Shown here: positions 12,628 to 21,619 of the stretch, one piece after another | How the letters are laid out: each line of letters begins with the position of its first letter | Position numbering within the stretch: the stretch's first letter is position 1 | Assembly (NCBI GenBank): GCA_965223345.1 | Contig: CBDCWG010000012.1 | Location: 2,944,001 to 3,008,000 of the forward strand | DNA: 64,000 nt | Direction of reading: 5' to 3' | Origin: Nitrospinales bacterium | GTDB taxonomy: Bacteria > Nitrospinota > Nitrospinia > Nitrospinales > VA-1 | Notes under the pieces: generated by a model | Told to the model about the DNA's origin: nothing | Seen by the model: only the letters and a program-made list of their open reading frames with translations | The model's database searches: none | Program-made: the position numbers and the translations under genes

Positions 12628-12975
12628 ATGGAAGCGAGCAAGAAAGAATCTCTGGAAGCGATCTGGAAACCGATCGCCGCGAAGGCCATCCAGGATCTGG
12701 AATTCAGAAAAAAGCTGGTGGCCGACCCCGTCGGCGTGATGACCGAACACGGACTCAAGCTGCCGGAAGGCGCGGAGATGAAGATCGGCGCGGGAAACTT
12801 ACAAACCATCCCGATCCCCTCCAACGCTTCGGAGGAACTCAAGGAAGAAGTCAGCTGGTGGATGTGGCGGCTCAACAGTATTCAGGAACTGGGCAAGGAG
12901 CTGCCGAAGAAAAAAGCGGGGCACCTTTCCATGAGCGCCCAGGAAGCGGACGACGACGCTTCGGGCGTGTTTTAA
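12628..12975 (+). CDS. NHLP (nitrile-hydratase-like leader) domain small protein
   Basis: IAAKAIQDLEFRKKLVADPVGVMTEHGLKLPEG matches the NHLP pattern KAWxDxxFRxxLLxDPxxxLxExGxxLP; AAGGA RBS. Confidence 0.65.
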   Translation: MEASKKESLEAIWKPIAAKAIQDLEFRKKLVADPVGVMTEHGLKLPEGAEMKIGAGNLQTIPIPSNASEELKEEVSWWMWRLNSIQELGKELPKKKAGHLSMSAQEADDDASGVF

Positions 12976-13017
12976 GGCTCAGGAAACGCCGATCCGCACA
13001 GAACAAATTCGAATCAC

Positions 13018-13094
13018 GCGCCCGTAGCTCAGCTGGATAGAGTGACGGATTCCGGTTCCGTAGGTCGGAGGTTCGACTCCTCTCGGGCGTGCCA
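13018..13094 (+). tRNA. tRNA-Arg(CCG)
   Basis: GCGCCCG acceptor stem, D arm GCTCAGCTGGATAGAGT, anticodon arm ACGGA-TTCCGGT-TCCGT, T loop GTTCGAC, encoded CCA. Confidence 0.97.
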
Positions 13095-13098
13095 AATT

Positions 13099-13140
13099 AA
13101 AGCAGGCACTTGGGTGAAAACTAACCTGGGTGCCTGTTTT
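13099..13140 (+). terminator. Intrinsic terminator after the tRNA
   Basis: AAAGCAGGCAC...GTGCCTGTTTT hairpin with T tract. Confidence 0.6.
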
Positions 13141-13391
13141 GCATTTTTCTTCCCAGGACCACTTCCGGACCAATTTTGGTGAAATTCCTCAACTTTGATT
13201 CGCTCACAAGCCTGTTCACTTAACGTGAAAAGAAATGTTGAGCCCTCAGCAAATCATTTTCCCGCCTCCCTATTGCCTGCCGCCAAATGGTGCTAAATCA
13301 AATGTTTCATTCCCTATACTTCTAAATTCATTAGAGTTGTAAAGTCACACACACATCTCTGTCACAATTTGTCAGCCGGGGCGCCAATCCA

Positions 13392-13445
13392 GTAGAAGTT
13401 CCCTGTATTCCTTGTAGAAGTTCTTCTTGAACCTCGTAGAGGTTC
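13392..13445. repeat. Three phased direct repeats GTAGA(A/G)GTTC, 22-bp period
   Basis: Copies start at 13392, 13414 and 13436. Confidence 0.75.
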
Positions 13446-13602
13446 TGGGCTCTTGTTTTTAATGCTTAAAAAATCGCGATTTGCTCGTCCAGTATTCGGG
13501 TATTCCGAATTTTTGGTATCCTTGTTGCTATTTATTGCGAATACAGTTCACGAATAGGATACCAACCTCAAAATAGTTGAAAATACGTGGATTATATTAT
13601 TT

Positions 13603-13640
13603 AGTGATTATAGTCACATGATAGTGTGATCTAGATTACA
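13603..13640. promoter_or_regulatory. Tandem CRP/Vfr-type binding sites
   Basis: AGTGA-TTATAG-TCACA (13603-13618) and TGTGA-TCTAGA-TTACA (13625-13640); each has one mismatch to TGTGA-N6-TCACA. Confidence 0.7.
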
Positions 13641-13816
13641 CTTATAAATCGCCGTCAGTGGTAAAATTATTACAACATAAATCCCATAATTTGATATTTT
13701 ATAGTCCAACCAACCTTAAAGTTATTATTTTTTCGACACTTATTCTCTTTCTGCCGCAACCTGTCTATCTAGAAGGTGAATTGGTTTTCTTTCAATTTTT
13801 AGAAAATATCGGAAGT

Positions 13817-14320
13817 ATGAATATGAAAAAAATCGATCTCAGGTCTAAAGACATAGAAAAATGCCATCCCTCCAGGACTGAATCCCCTTTGCGCAATCAG
13901 GGAGGCTTCAGTCTGATTGAAGCGATGATTGCCCTGGCTATTCTGACGGTTGGCATCCTGGCTATGACAGGTCTCACGGGCACGATCATGGATCATAACG
14001 CCAAGAGCGAAAAGCAGACCATTGCCGCCACTCTGGCCCAGGACAAGATCGAATACTTCAGAAATAAAGCCCGCGGTTGGCTCATGTCCGGCGGTAACGG
14101 ATTGGATTCTCCCGATGTAGCCGGTGGAGTATGGACCTCCAATCCGGGCGGGGAAACGGTGGATGCCGAAGGCAACCCCACAGTCGGCGGTACTTACACG
14201 CGCACCTGGACGATCAGTCCTGTTGTCGGTGAGAACTTTTTATACGAAGTGGTCATGAACATCAGTTGGCAGGACGGAGGGACGCAGACCTTTCAGCTCA
14301 ACACGCGGATCACTCAATAG
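13817..14320 (+). CDS. pilV: Type IV pilus minor pilin, PilV-like
   Basis: Prepilin site NQGG|FSLIEAMIALAILTVGIL; AATLAQDKIE; YTRTWTI. Confidence 0.85.
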   Translation: MNMKKIDLRSKDIEKCHPSRTESPLRNQGGFSLIEAMIALAILTVGILAMTGLTGTIMDHNAKSEKQTIAATLAQDKIEYFRNKARGWLMSGGNGLDSPDVAGGVWTSNPGGETVDAEGNPTVGGTYTRTWTISPVVGENFLYEVVMNISWQDGGTQTFQLNTRITQ

Positions 14321-14330
14321 GAGATTTAAA

Positions 14331-15110
14331 GTGGGGAATACATTGTTCAAACCTTTGAGGGATGATCAAGGCGCCGGAATGATGGAAATTCTGGTCGCCA
14401 CAGTCATTGCGCTCATCGTGATCGCGGGAGCGACCATTTCGTTCAGCAAACAAAACAGCATTCTGGCTGATGAAAACTTTTCGACGCATATCAGGGCCAA
14501 AGGCCGGGAAGCGGTGGATCAGCTCACGAATGAAATCAAAATGGCGGGATTCGGGCTGCCTCCGAATGCGGGTTTTACCGCTATCAGCCCGACCTCATTG
14601 TCCTATCGCACCAATTTAAACGATATTCGGACCACGACGCCGCCTTGTACGGCTTGTCCGGGTACCGTGGCCGCAGCAGCCGGGGACACCACGATCACCG
14701 TGGTCGATGAAACAGGTTTTGCGAACGGGGATAAAATCGTCGTCTACGATCCGAATTTGAAAATATTTGAAACCACGACGGTGACTGGCACCACGGCGGG
14801 AACGCTGAACCTCGGTTCGGCGCTGCTCAATGACTATGTATACGGCGTCAACACCAATCTTGTGATGGTCAACAAGTACAACGATGTCACGATCACACTG
14901 ACTGGAACGGACATCACGCGCACAACGGACGGTAGCACCATCATTCTGGTGCCGGATGTGGTTGCCACAACGGGTCTGGCATTGGACTATGCCGGTGCGG
15001 CGACGCCTGCCGAAGTGGAAAAAGTGAACCTCGAAATCAGCCTGGTGGATCCCAACCATCCTAATTTCGTCATCGATTTCAAAACCGATATCAATATGAG
15101 AAACTCTTAA
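14331..15110 (+). CDS. pilW: Type IV pilus minor pilin, PilW-like
   Basis: DQG|AGMMEILVATVIALIVI; AVDQLTNEIKMAG typical of PilW; AGGAG RBS, GTG start. Confidence 0.75.
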   Translation: MGNTLFKPLRDDQGAGMMEILVATVIALIVIAGATISFSKQNSILADENFSTHIRAKGREAVDQLTNEIKMAGFGLPPNAGFTAISPTSLSYRTNLNDIRTTTPPCTACPGTVAAAAGDTTITVVDETGFANGDKIVVYDPNLKIFETTTVTGTTAGTLNLGSALLNDYVYGVNTNLVMVNKYNDVTITLTGTDITRTTDGSTIILVPDVVATTGLALDYAGAATPAEVEKVNLEISLVDPNHPNFVIDFKTDINMRNS

Positions 15111-15122
15111 AGGATTAAGATC

Positions 15123-16433
15123 ATGAGGATTTCAAACCCCGGCAATCATAAAATTCAATTGGAAAAATACTGGGCTAACGAAAAGGGTCTTGCATTAGGA
15201 GTTGTCCTCATTTTGAGCATCGTTCTTATTCTCCTGCTTGCCGTAGGCACGAGGTACGCTTCTCACGATGTGAAACGCACGGCAAGATACAAAAAGGACA
15301 AGGAATCTTTTTATATCGCAGAAACGGGAATTCAAAATGCGATCAATTTTTTCAATTACGATGGCTCGGGCAACAGCCCCGGAGAGGCCGCGAACGGATT
15401 CGACGATGAAGTGGATGGCAGCAACTGGCCGGCTGCCAGTTTTACCAATATTGCGTTCGGAGGCGGAACCTACACCGTGACCGCTACCGACAACGACGAC
15501 AACGATGGGGATACAGACGACGACATCGACCATACGGTCGTCCTGACCTCCACCGGCACGCGAAACGGAGTGACCTCGACCATTGAAGCCCTGGTCAACC
15601 GACCCACGTTCACACCGGGTTCCGCCATCACAACGAAAGGCAATTTGAACGGGTCCGGATCGTTCGCCGTTCAGGGAGCCTGTGGCAGCATCCACACCAA
15701 CGCGGGTTTCAACCAATCCGGCGTCAGCGGAACCGCTACCCAGGGAACCACGGCATCGGGCAACTGTTCCGGAGCTTCCTGCACCGGGTCCGGAGCGGCG
15801 GAGCAACCCATTCCGCTCGTGGATGTGACGGAATACAGGTCCTACGCCCATTACATCCTGAAAAGCGACGGTACGATTGAGGACCAGGGCACTGGCAACG
15901 TGTACACGTATTCAGGGCCCAACTGGACCTGGTCGATAACCGGCGACGGAAACGCGCTCTTTGGGAGCATCACACAACCTGGCGGCTTGTGGAAGGTCAA
16001 CGGAACGGATGTGGCGGACGGAATATTCTATGTGGAAGGCGACATCAATGTTCTGAACTCACCGGCCCCCTGGAACACCACGATCATATCCGAGGGTTAC
16101 ATCGATGTGGGTGCTAGCCCTGATATGACAAATTACCAGGGCGGTCCGTCTCCAGATATCGACCAGCTTTTCCTGATCGCAGAAACGGATCTGGAATTTG
16201 CCGGCAATCCGTCCAACACCATCACAGGAATGATGTACGCCGGGGAGCAGATGAGCATTTCCGGCACCGTGGATCTGGTTGGATACGTCATCTCCGCCGA
16301 TAAATTCGATGCGGAAAACCTCGTCACCCCGGAGAGCAGCATTTCCGGCAGTTTGACCGTCACCTACGACTGCTCGGGCGCTTCCCCCTTCTTCAGCGAC
16401 CACGTGGCCATACTGTCCTGGCAGAAGATGTGA
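15123..16433 (+). CDS. pilX: PilX-like minor pilin with large C-terminal domain
   Basis: NEKG|LALGVVLIL (no Glu5, as in PilX), SFYIAETGI, VLTSTG; Gly/Thr-rich beta-type C-terminal region ending ILSWQKM. Confidence 0.8.
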   Translation: MRISNPGNHKIQLEKYWANEKGLALGVVLILSIVLILLLAVGTRYASHDVKRTARYKKDKESFYIAETGIQNAINFFNYDGSGNSPGEAANGFDDEVDGSNWPAASFTNIAFGGGTYTVTATDNDDNDGDTDDDIDHTVVLTSTGTRNGVTSTIEALVNRPTFTPGSAITTKGNLNGSGSFAVQGACGSIHTNAGFNQSGVSGTATQGTTASGNCSGASCTGSGAAEQPIPLVDVTEYRSYAHYILKSDGTIEDQGTGNVYTYSGPNWTWSITGDGNALFGSITQPGGLWKVNGTDVADGIFYVEGDINVLNSPAPWNTTIISEGYIDVGASPDMTNYQGGPSPDIDQLFLIAETDLEFAGNPSNTITGMMYAGEQMSISGTVDLVGYVISADKFDAENLVTPESSISGSLTVTYDCSGASPFFSDHVAILSWQKM

Positions 16434-16547
16434 TAGTGAAAAGCAATAGATACCGTTTGTGAACAAAAAAACCGGGTTCCGGGGCCAATCGGTCATTGGA
16501 GCCCGCGAGGTCCTATGGGCCGGTTGCCTCCGACGCTCCCACAGTCA

Positions 16548-16600
16548 GCACAAAGAAAAAGGGCTTACGGTCTATGATCGCAGGCCCTTTTTCTTTGTGC
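16548..16600. terminator. Bidirectional terminator hairpin
   Basis: Perfect 17-bp inverted repeat GCACAAAGAAAAAGGGC / GCCCTTTTTCTTTGTGC between convergent genes. Confidence 0.8.
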
Positions 16601-16616
16601 GGGGGTGATGATTCAA

Positions 16617-16835
16617 TCAGTCCTTTTTTTCGATACCCTTGATGACGGACCGCCCTTTTGGAGCATGGTTTCTAAGATGTTCCCGGACCAGCATGACCGC
16701 ATGATTGTCATCCATCGCTTTCATGAAATAACTGAACTCATCTTCCGAGTTATCCGTTTCATGGATCAGAACACCGGAGACTTTAAAACAATATTGTTTG
16801 GGTGGCACGGCTCGATCACCTCTCTTAAGATCCAT
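16617..16835 (-). CDS. Small hypothetical protein
   Basis: ORF ...KQYCFKVSGVLIHETDNSEDEFSYFMKAMDDNHAVMLVREHLR...; start uncertain. Confidence 0.55.
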   Translation of the reverse strand: MDLKRGDRAVPPKQYCFKVSGVLIHETDNSEDEFSYFMKAMDDNHAVMLVREHLRNHAPKGRSVIKGIEKKD

Positions 16836-16861
16836 TATTTTTATTTCAGCTCTTTGCCCGG

Positions 16862-17302
16862 TCAATCCATTCGCAGGGCTAAATAACCGACGACGACATA
16901 ACGCATCAGTTTGCCCGCGGCGACCAACAGGACAAACCACAACAAACGAATGCGCAGAATCCCGGCGACAACGGTCAATGGATCACCGATTACAGGAACC
17001 CAGGCAAAGCACAGAGAGAACAATCCATATTTTACAAAACGCCGCTCTGCCTGAACATACTCAGCTTCAGAAATTTTCAGCCATTTTTTGATCACTTCCA
17101 GACTGGCCCAGTACCCCAGGGCGTAATTCGTGAGCGATCCCAGCACATTTCCCGTTGTAGCGACCGCAACCAGGGCAACGGGCGACAAACCATTTAACAA
17201 TAAAGCGCTTAAAACCACCTCGGAGCTCAAAGGCAAAATGGTTGCTGCCAAAAATGCGGCAATAAAAAGGCCGAAATAGCCCAGCTCAGCAAAAGAGTCC
17301 AT
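16862..17302 (-). CDS. YqaA/DedA (VTT domain) membrane protein
   Basis: FLAATILPLSSE, GNVLGSLTNYALG, WVPVIGDPLTVVAG, GKLMRY. Confidence 0.9.
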   Translation of the reverse strand: MDSFAELGYFGLFIAAFLAATILPLSSEVVLSALLLNGLSPVALVAVATTGNVLGSLTNYALGYWASLEVIKKWLKISEAEYVQAERRFVKYGLFSLCFAWVPVIGDPLTVVAGILRIRLLWFVLLVAAGKLMRYVVVGYLALRMD

Positions 17303-17610
17303 GCAAAATGTGTCGCTCAACCTGATATTAAAAATATGCTTCGCATCTTATGAGAACAGCATGACCTGAGTGAGTTTTTTTTCCTGCGCCGCAATCAACA
17401 CTCCATCGAGTTCCCTGCCAACCGTCCTCAACATTGCCTTCCAATCATCCAACGTTGCCGCACACCCCGTCATTAAATCGACGGTCAAGCACATCGACTT
17501 CCCTTTTAATGACCAAATACGCCCAAATTTAACACCTATTCCGGGAATAGATATTGCATTAAAGCAATGATACAAACCATTTGTGTCAAAATTTCTTTGG
17601 GTGAGAATTT

Positions 17611-17847
17611 ATGTCTGAGTACATGTTGTATAAGAAAAATTGTGAAATCAGGGCATTGATAGCCAAACAAGCGAGTCTTCAAAAAACAATCAAAGAACTG
17701 ACTCAAACCGTTCAGTCACTGGAACAAGAAATTGAAGTTCTGAACAAGAGAAATAAAACATTGCAAATCGGAAGTCATGATTTCCACCAACAAATGAGCA
17801 CTCAAAGAAATCTCGCACTGGCAAAAGCAGAGTTTTACCTTCCCTGA
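17611..17847 (+). CDS. Small coiled-coil hypothetical protein
   Basis: LQKTIKELTQTVQSLEQEIEVLNKRN heptads in an AT-rich segment. Confidence 0.45.
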   Translation: MSEYMLYKKNCEIRALIAKQASLQKTIKELTQTVQSLEQEIEVLNKRNKTLQIGSHDFHQQMSTQRNLALAKAEFYLP

Positions 17848-18104
17848 GATTGTCCAGCGGTTTTCCCCTCCCAGTCCCCGCTTCAGCACTCCAAAGAGAC
17901 CACCCGGTGAAATCGACGGTTATTGTAGCCGGTAAATTCAACACTCACCTGTCAATTCGGGCTAATCAGAAAATTTCCGCTCGTCAGATTGATTTTTGCA
18001 GTATCTTATAAAATATGGGAATAAAAGAGGACATTCCGTCTCTATACAAAGACCATGAGAAATACTCCCTTGTCACGCATGAATCCGAACATCTCGGGCT
18101 GATT

Positions 18105-19019
18105 ATGAAACGATTCAAATACTTTATCATCCTGCTGGCAGTTTCCTTGTTTGCACCCGCTGCCGGTGGATGTCAGGAAAATAGTTCCGCGCCGACGGTA
18201 GGGAAGCCACCTGCCGATTCCCGAACCAAGCAGACATCCCCCCCTAAAGGCAAAACCGGGAAGGGTGCGACGCTGCAGGGCAAAGCGGTGCTGACGGGGC
18301 CAGTGCCGCCTCCGCGGTTCTATCACCTGGTGCTCTTCCCCAATATGGACTTGTGCTCGAAGGTGGAAACCGATGCAGAAATGAACCGGATCATTGAGGA
18401 TTTCGAAGTCGCGCAGGACGGCGGCCTGAAGGATGTGGTGGTGAGCATCGAGCACGTTTCAGGCGGCAAACCGTTCGCGAAGCCAACCCTGGAAATCAAA
18501 TCCGAGCACTGCAAGTTCACGCCTTACGTCAACGCCGTGAGGCAGGACGAGACGTTTAAAGTGGACAATCTGGACCTGGCCATCCACAACAGCCAGGTCT
18601 ACCAGGCCGAACGCGGCAAAATCATCGCCAACATTCCCATCTGGCCGGAGAAAGTCGCCGACGGGCATGTCCACTTCCAGAAAGACTACAAAATCTTTCA
18701 GATGATCTGCGGCATGCACGAGTTCATGCAAACCTGGGGCTACCGCGTGCAAAACCCCTATTACTTCATCACCGGGGACGACGGCACCTTCCACATTGAC
18801 GGCGTCCCTCCCGGAGACTATGTGGTGAACGCCTGGCACCCGCTGATGGACATCCGCTCGCAGAACATCCGTGTGACGGGAAACGAAGTGGTTCAACTGA
18901 ACTTTGAATTCGACGGCAATGAGGTGGACCGCGCGACTTACGAAACCATCTCTTCCGGCCGCATCAAGAAGGACGCGTTCAAATCCAGAGAGGAGACCCT
19001 GAAAAACAAAACGGAATGA
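18105..19019 (+). CDS. Lipoprotein with cupredoxin-like and carboxypeptidase-regulatory-like domains
   Basis: AAGGC lipobox; CKFTP, HNS, CGMHEFM; TGDDGTFHIDGVPPGDYVVNAWH. Confidence 0.75.
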   Translation: MKRFKYFIILLAVSLFAPAAGGCQENSSAPTVGKPPADSRTKQTSPPKGKTGKGATLQGKAVLTGPVPPPRFYHLVLFPNMDLCSKVETDAEMNRIIEDFEVAQDGGLKDVVVSIEHVSGGKPFAKPTLEIKSEHCKFTPYVNAVRQDETFKVDNLDLAIHNSQVYQAERGKIIANIPIWPEKVADGHVHFQKDYKIFQMICGMHEFMQTWGYRVQNPYYFITGDDGTFHIDGVPPGDYVVNAWHPLMDIRSQNIRVTGNEVVQLNFEFDGNEVDRATYETISSGRIKKDAFKSREETLKNKTE

Positions 19020-19196
19020 CGAAGATTTCTGCAGCGAATCTTCTGACAAACCCCTTCAGCAGAAGACCTTCCCCCACCGACACCCTGTCGGCCAAGATTA
19101 ATTTCTTTTAATGCTACCCCACCGCTTTTTGCATTAAAATATTAAGTATCCAGCGCCAGTACTCAGCCTCAAAAGGATCTCAAGAGTGCTCCCTCT

Positions 19197-20492
19197 ATGA
19201 TCGACCTGCTCGCCGCGCGATCGCAAATGGCGGTCTCCCTCGGATTTCATATCATTTTTGCGTGCATCGGCATTGCCATGCCTTTTTTCATGGCCGTCGC
19301 CCACTGGAAATGGCTGCGGACCGGCCAACGGATTTACCTCGACCTGACTCAGGCCTGGCTGAAAGGCGTCGCCATCTTTTTTGCGATCGGCGCCGTCTCC
19401 GGAACGGTGCTTTCCTTCGAACTGGGGTTGCTGTTTCCCACGTTCATGGAAGTGGCGGGGCCCATCATCGGCCTGCCCTTCTCATGGGAAGGGGTGGCGT
19501 TTTTCCTGGAAGCCATCGCGCTGGGACTTTTCATATACGGCTGGGACCGGATCAACAAATGGGTTCACTGGGCATGCGGTGTGGTGATGGGCATCGCGGG
19601 CGCAGCTTCGGGGATGATCGTCATCTGCGCCAACGGCTGGATGAACAGTCCCACCGGCTTCGACTGGGTCGATGGCCAGGCCGTCAACATCGATCCGTAT
19701 GCGGCGATGTTCAACGACGCTTCGCTGCACCAGGGAATCCACATGACGATCGCCGCGTTTGTCGCGACGGGCTTTGCCGTGGCGGGCATCCACGCGATCC
19801 TGCTGCTGAAAAAGAAAAACATCCCCTTTCATCAGGCCGCCTTTAAAATCGCACTGGCATTCGGCGCCACCGCATCGCTGCTGCAACCCATAAGCGGCGA
19901 TCTGATCTCGCGCCATCTGACCGAACACCAGCCCGAAAAAGCCGCGGCAATGCACGCGCAGTTCAAAACGCAAAAGGGCGCACCGCTTCTGATCGGCGGA
20001 ATCCCGTTCGAAAAAGAAAAGACGGTCAAATTCGGCATCTACATTCCCAAGATGCTGAGCTTCCTCGCGCACCACGATTTCAATGCGGAGGTCACGGGAC
20101 TCGATGCGTTCCCGGAAGAGAATCACCCCCCGGTCGCGGTGGTGCATTTCGCTTTTCAGATCATGGTCGGCATCGGCACCGTGCTGGCAGGACTCTCCGT
20201 ACTGTATTTTCTGTTCGTGTTCAGGAAACCGCATCTGTTGTTTCACTCCCTGTATCTGAAGTGCCTGGCATTCGCCCTTCCACTGGGTTTCATCGCGGTG
20301 CAGGCGGGCTGGATCGTGACGGAAGTGGGGCGTCAGCCGTGGATCATCTACCGGGTGATGAAGGTGTCCGAAGCGGTGACGCCGATGCCGGGTCTGATCA
20401 TCCCGTTTCTGCTGTTCACCGGGATCTATATTTTATTGTCTCTCGTCGCCGCCTGGCTGCTGCTCCGCCAGATCAAAGCGGTGAAACGCTGA
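19197..20492 (+). CDS. cydA: Cytochrome bd oxidase subunit I (short Q-loop)
   Basis: ARSQMA..GFHIIF, GAVSGTVLSFE, FFLEA, NGWMNSP, FQIMVG, TEVGRQPW. Confidence 0.95.
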   Translation: MIDLLAARSQMAVSLGFHIIFACIGIAMPFFMAVAHWKWLRTGQRIYLDLTQAWLKGVAIFFAIGAVSGTVLSFELGLLFPTFMEVAGPIIGLPFSWEGVAFFLEAIALGLFIYGWDRINKWVHWACGVVMGIAGAASGMIVICANGWMNSPTGFDWVDGQAVNIDPYAAMFNDASLHQGIHMTIAAFVATGFAVAGIHAILLLKKKNIPFHQAAFKIALAFGATASLLQPISGDLISRHLTEHQPEKAAAMHAQFKTQKGAPLLIGGIPFEKEKTVKFGIYIPKMLSFLAHHDFNAEVTGLDAFPEENHPPVAVVHFAFQIMVGIGTVLAGLSVLYFLFVFRKPHLLFHSLYLKCLAFALPLGFIAVQAGWIVTEVGRQPWIIYRVMKVSEAVTPMPGLIIPFLLFTGIYILLSLVAAWLLLRQIKAVKR

Positions 20493-20516
20493 TGTCTTTT
20501 TCGGAGGCCGGTATTC

Positions 20517-21533
20517 ATGGTTGAAGCGGTGGCGGTTTTCCTGGCAGGCGCTCTGCTGCTCTATGTGCTGCTGGGCGGCGCGGACTTCGGCGCGGGCATT
20601 CTCGAGATGTTCGTCAACCGCAAGACCCGCGGCCAGCAGAAAAAGATCATCAACAAGGCGATGGGACCGGTGTGGGAGGTGAACCACATCTGGTTGATCG
20701 TCGCCGTGGTCATCCTGTTCAACGCGTTTCCGAAAGCCTTCAGCCAAATATCCATCACCTTTCACATTCCGCTGACGCTCATGCTGGTCGGCATCATCAT
20801 CCGCGGGTGCGCGTTTGCGTTTCGCAATTACGACGCCTACAAGGATCAGTCGCAGAAATACTATTCCCTGGCGTTCGAACTCTCCAGCGTCTTCACTCCC
20901 TTCAGCCTGGGGCTGATCCTCGGCGGCATCCTGATCGGCAAAATCCCCAGCGAAGCGGATTCGTTTTACGCCGCATTCGTCGCGCCCTGGTTCAACGTGT
21001 TCTCCTTCATGCTGGGAATCTTCACCTGCTGCCTAGTCACCTACATCGCGTCCGTGTACATCATCGGGGAAACCCGCAAGAATGTGCTGCGCAAGCAATT
21101 CGTCTACCGGGCCAAGGTGGCGGGAATCGTGACCTTCATCATGGGGGTCTTTGTCATCGAATCGGCGTTGCTTTACGAATCGGAACTGTTCGCCAAATTC
21201 TATTCGGATCTGTTCAGCATGTCCTGCGTGCTGCTGGCGGCGGCTTTGTTTTTTCCCTTATGGAAATTGTTGAACCACCCCCGCCCGAGCATTCCCCGCC
21301 TTCTGGTCGGGATGCAGGTCTCACTGATCTTTCTCGCCTGGTACGAATTGCAGTTCCCCTTCATCATCGCCCCTTCGGGCCTGTTCGGATTTGAAGGGCT
21401 GAATCTGTACCAGGTCGCCGCACCGGAAAGCACCCTGAAGTACCTGCTGATCGCGCTGGTTCTGGGATCGGCGCTCATTTTCCCGGCCTGGCTGTACCTG
21501 CTGAAGGTTTTTAAATTTCACTGGAATCCATGA
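20517..21533 (+). CDS. cydB: Cytochrome bd oxidase subunit II
   Basis: YVLLGGADFGAG, GPVWEVNHIWLI, RGCAFAFR; follows cydA. Confidence 0.93.
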   Translation: MVEAVAVFLAGALLLYVLLGGADFGAGILEMFVNRKTRGQQKKIINKAMGPVWEVNHIWLIVAVVILFNAFPKAFSQISITFHIPLTLMLVGIIIRGCAFAFRNYDAYKDQSQKYYSLAFELSSVFTPFSLGLILGGILIGKIPSEADSFYAAFVAPWFNVFSFMLGIFTCCLVTYIASVYIIGETRKNVLRKQFVYRAKVAGIVTFIMGVFVIESALLYESELFAKFYSDLFSMSCVLLAAALFFPLWKLLNHPRPSIPRLLVGMQVSLIFLAWYELQFPFIIAPSGLFGFEGLNLYQVAAPESTLKYLLIALVLGSALIFPAWLYLLKVFKFHWNP

Positions 21534-21619
21534 AGAGGTCCTGCTTTAATTCCAATCCTGTCGGGCACGCACCCCATTTATTGTCCTGTTTCGCGACTTC
21601 CATCTCGAGGTGAACTCCA

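Noticed and set aside
12961..12969. TCGGGCGTG matching the tRNA 3' end as a possible att site
   Set aside because: Only 9 bp, lies inside a coding region upstream of the tRNA, and no integrase is present
17348..17575. Short ORFs in the AT-rich segment
   Set aside because: No clear RBS or motif; cannot be supported as genes
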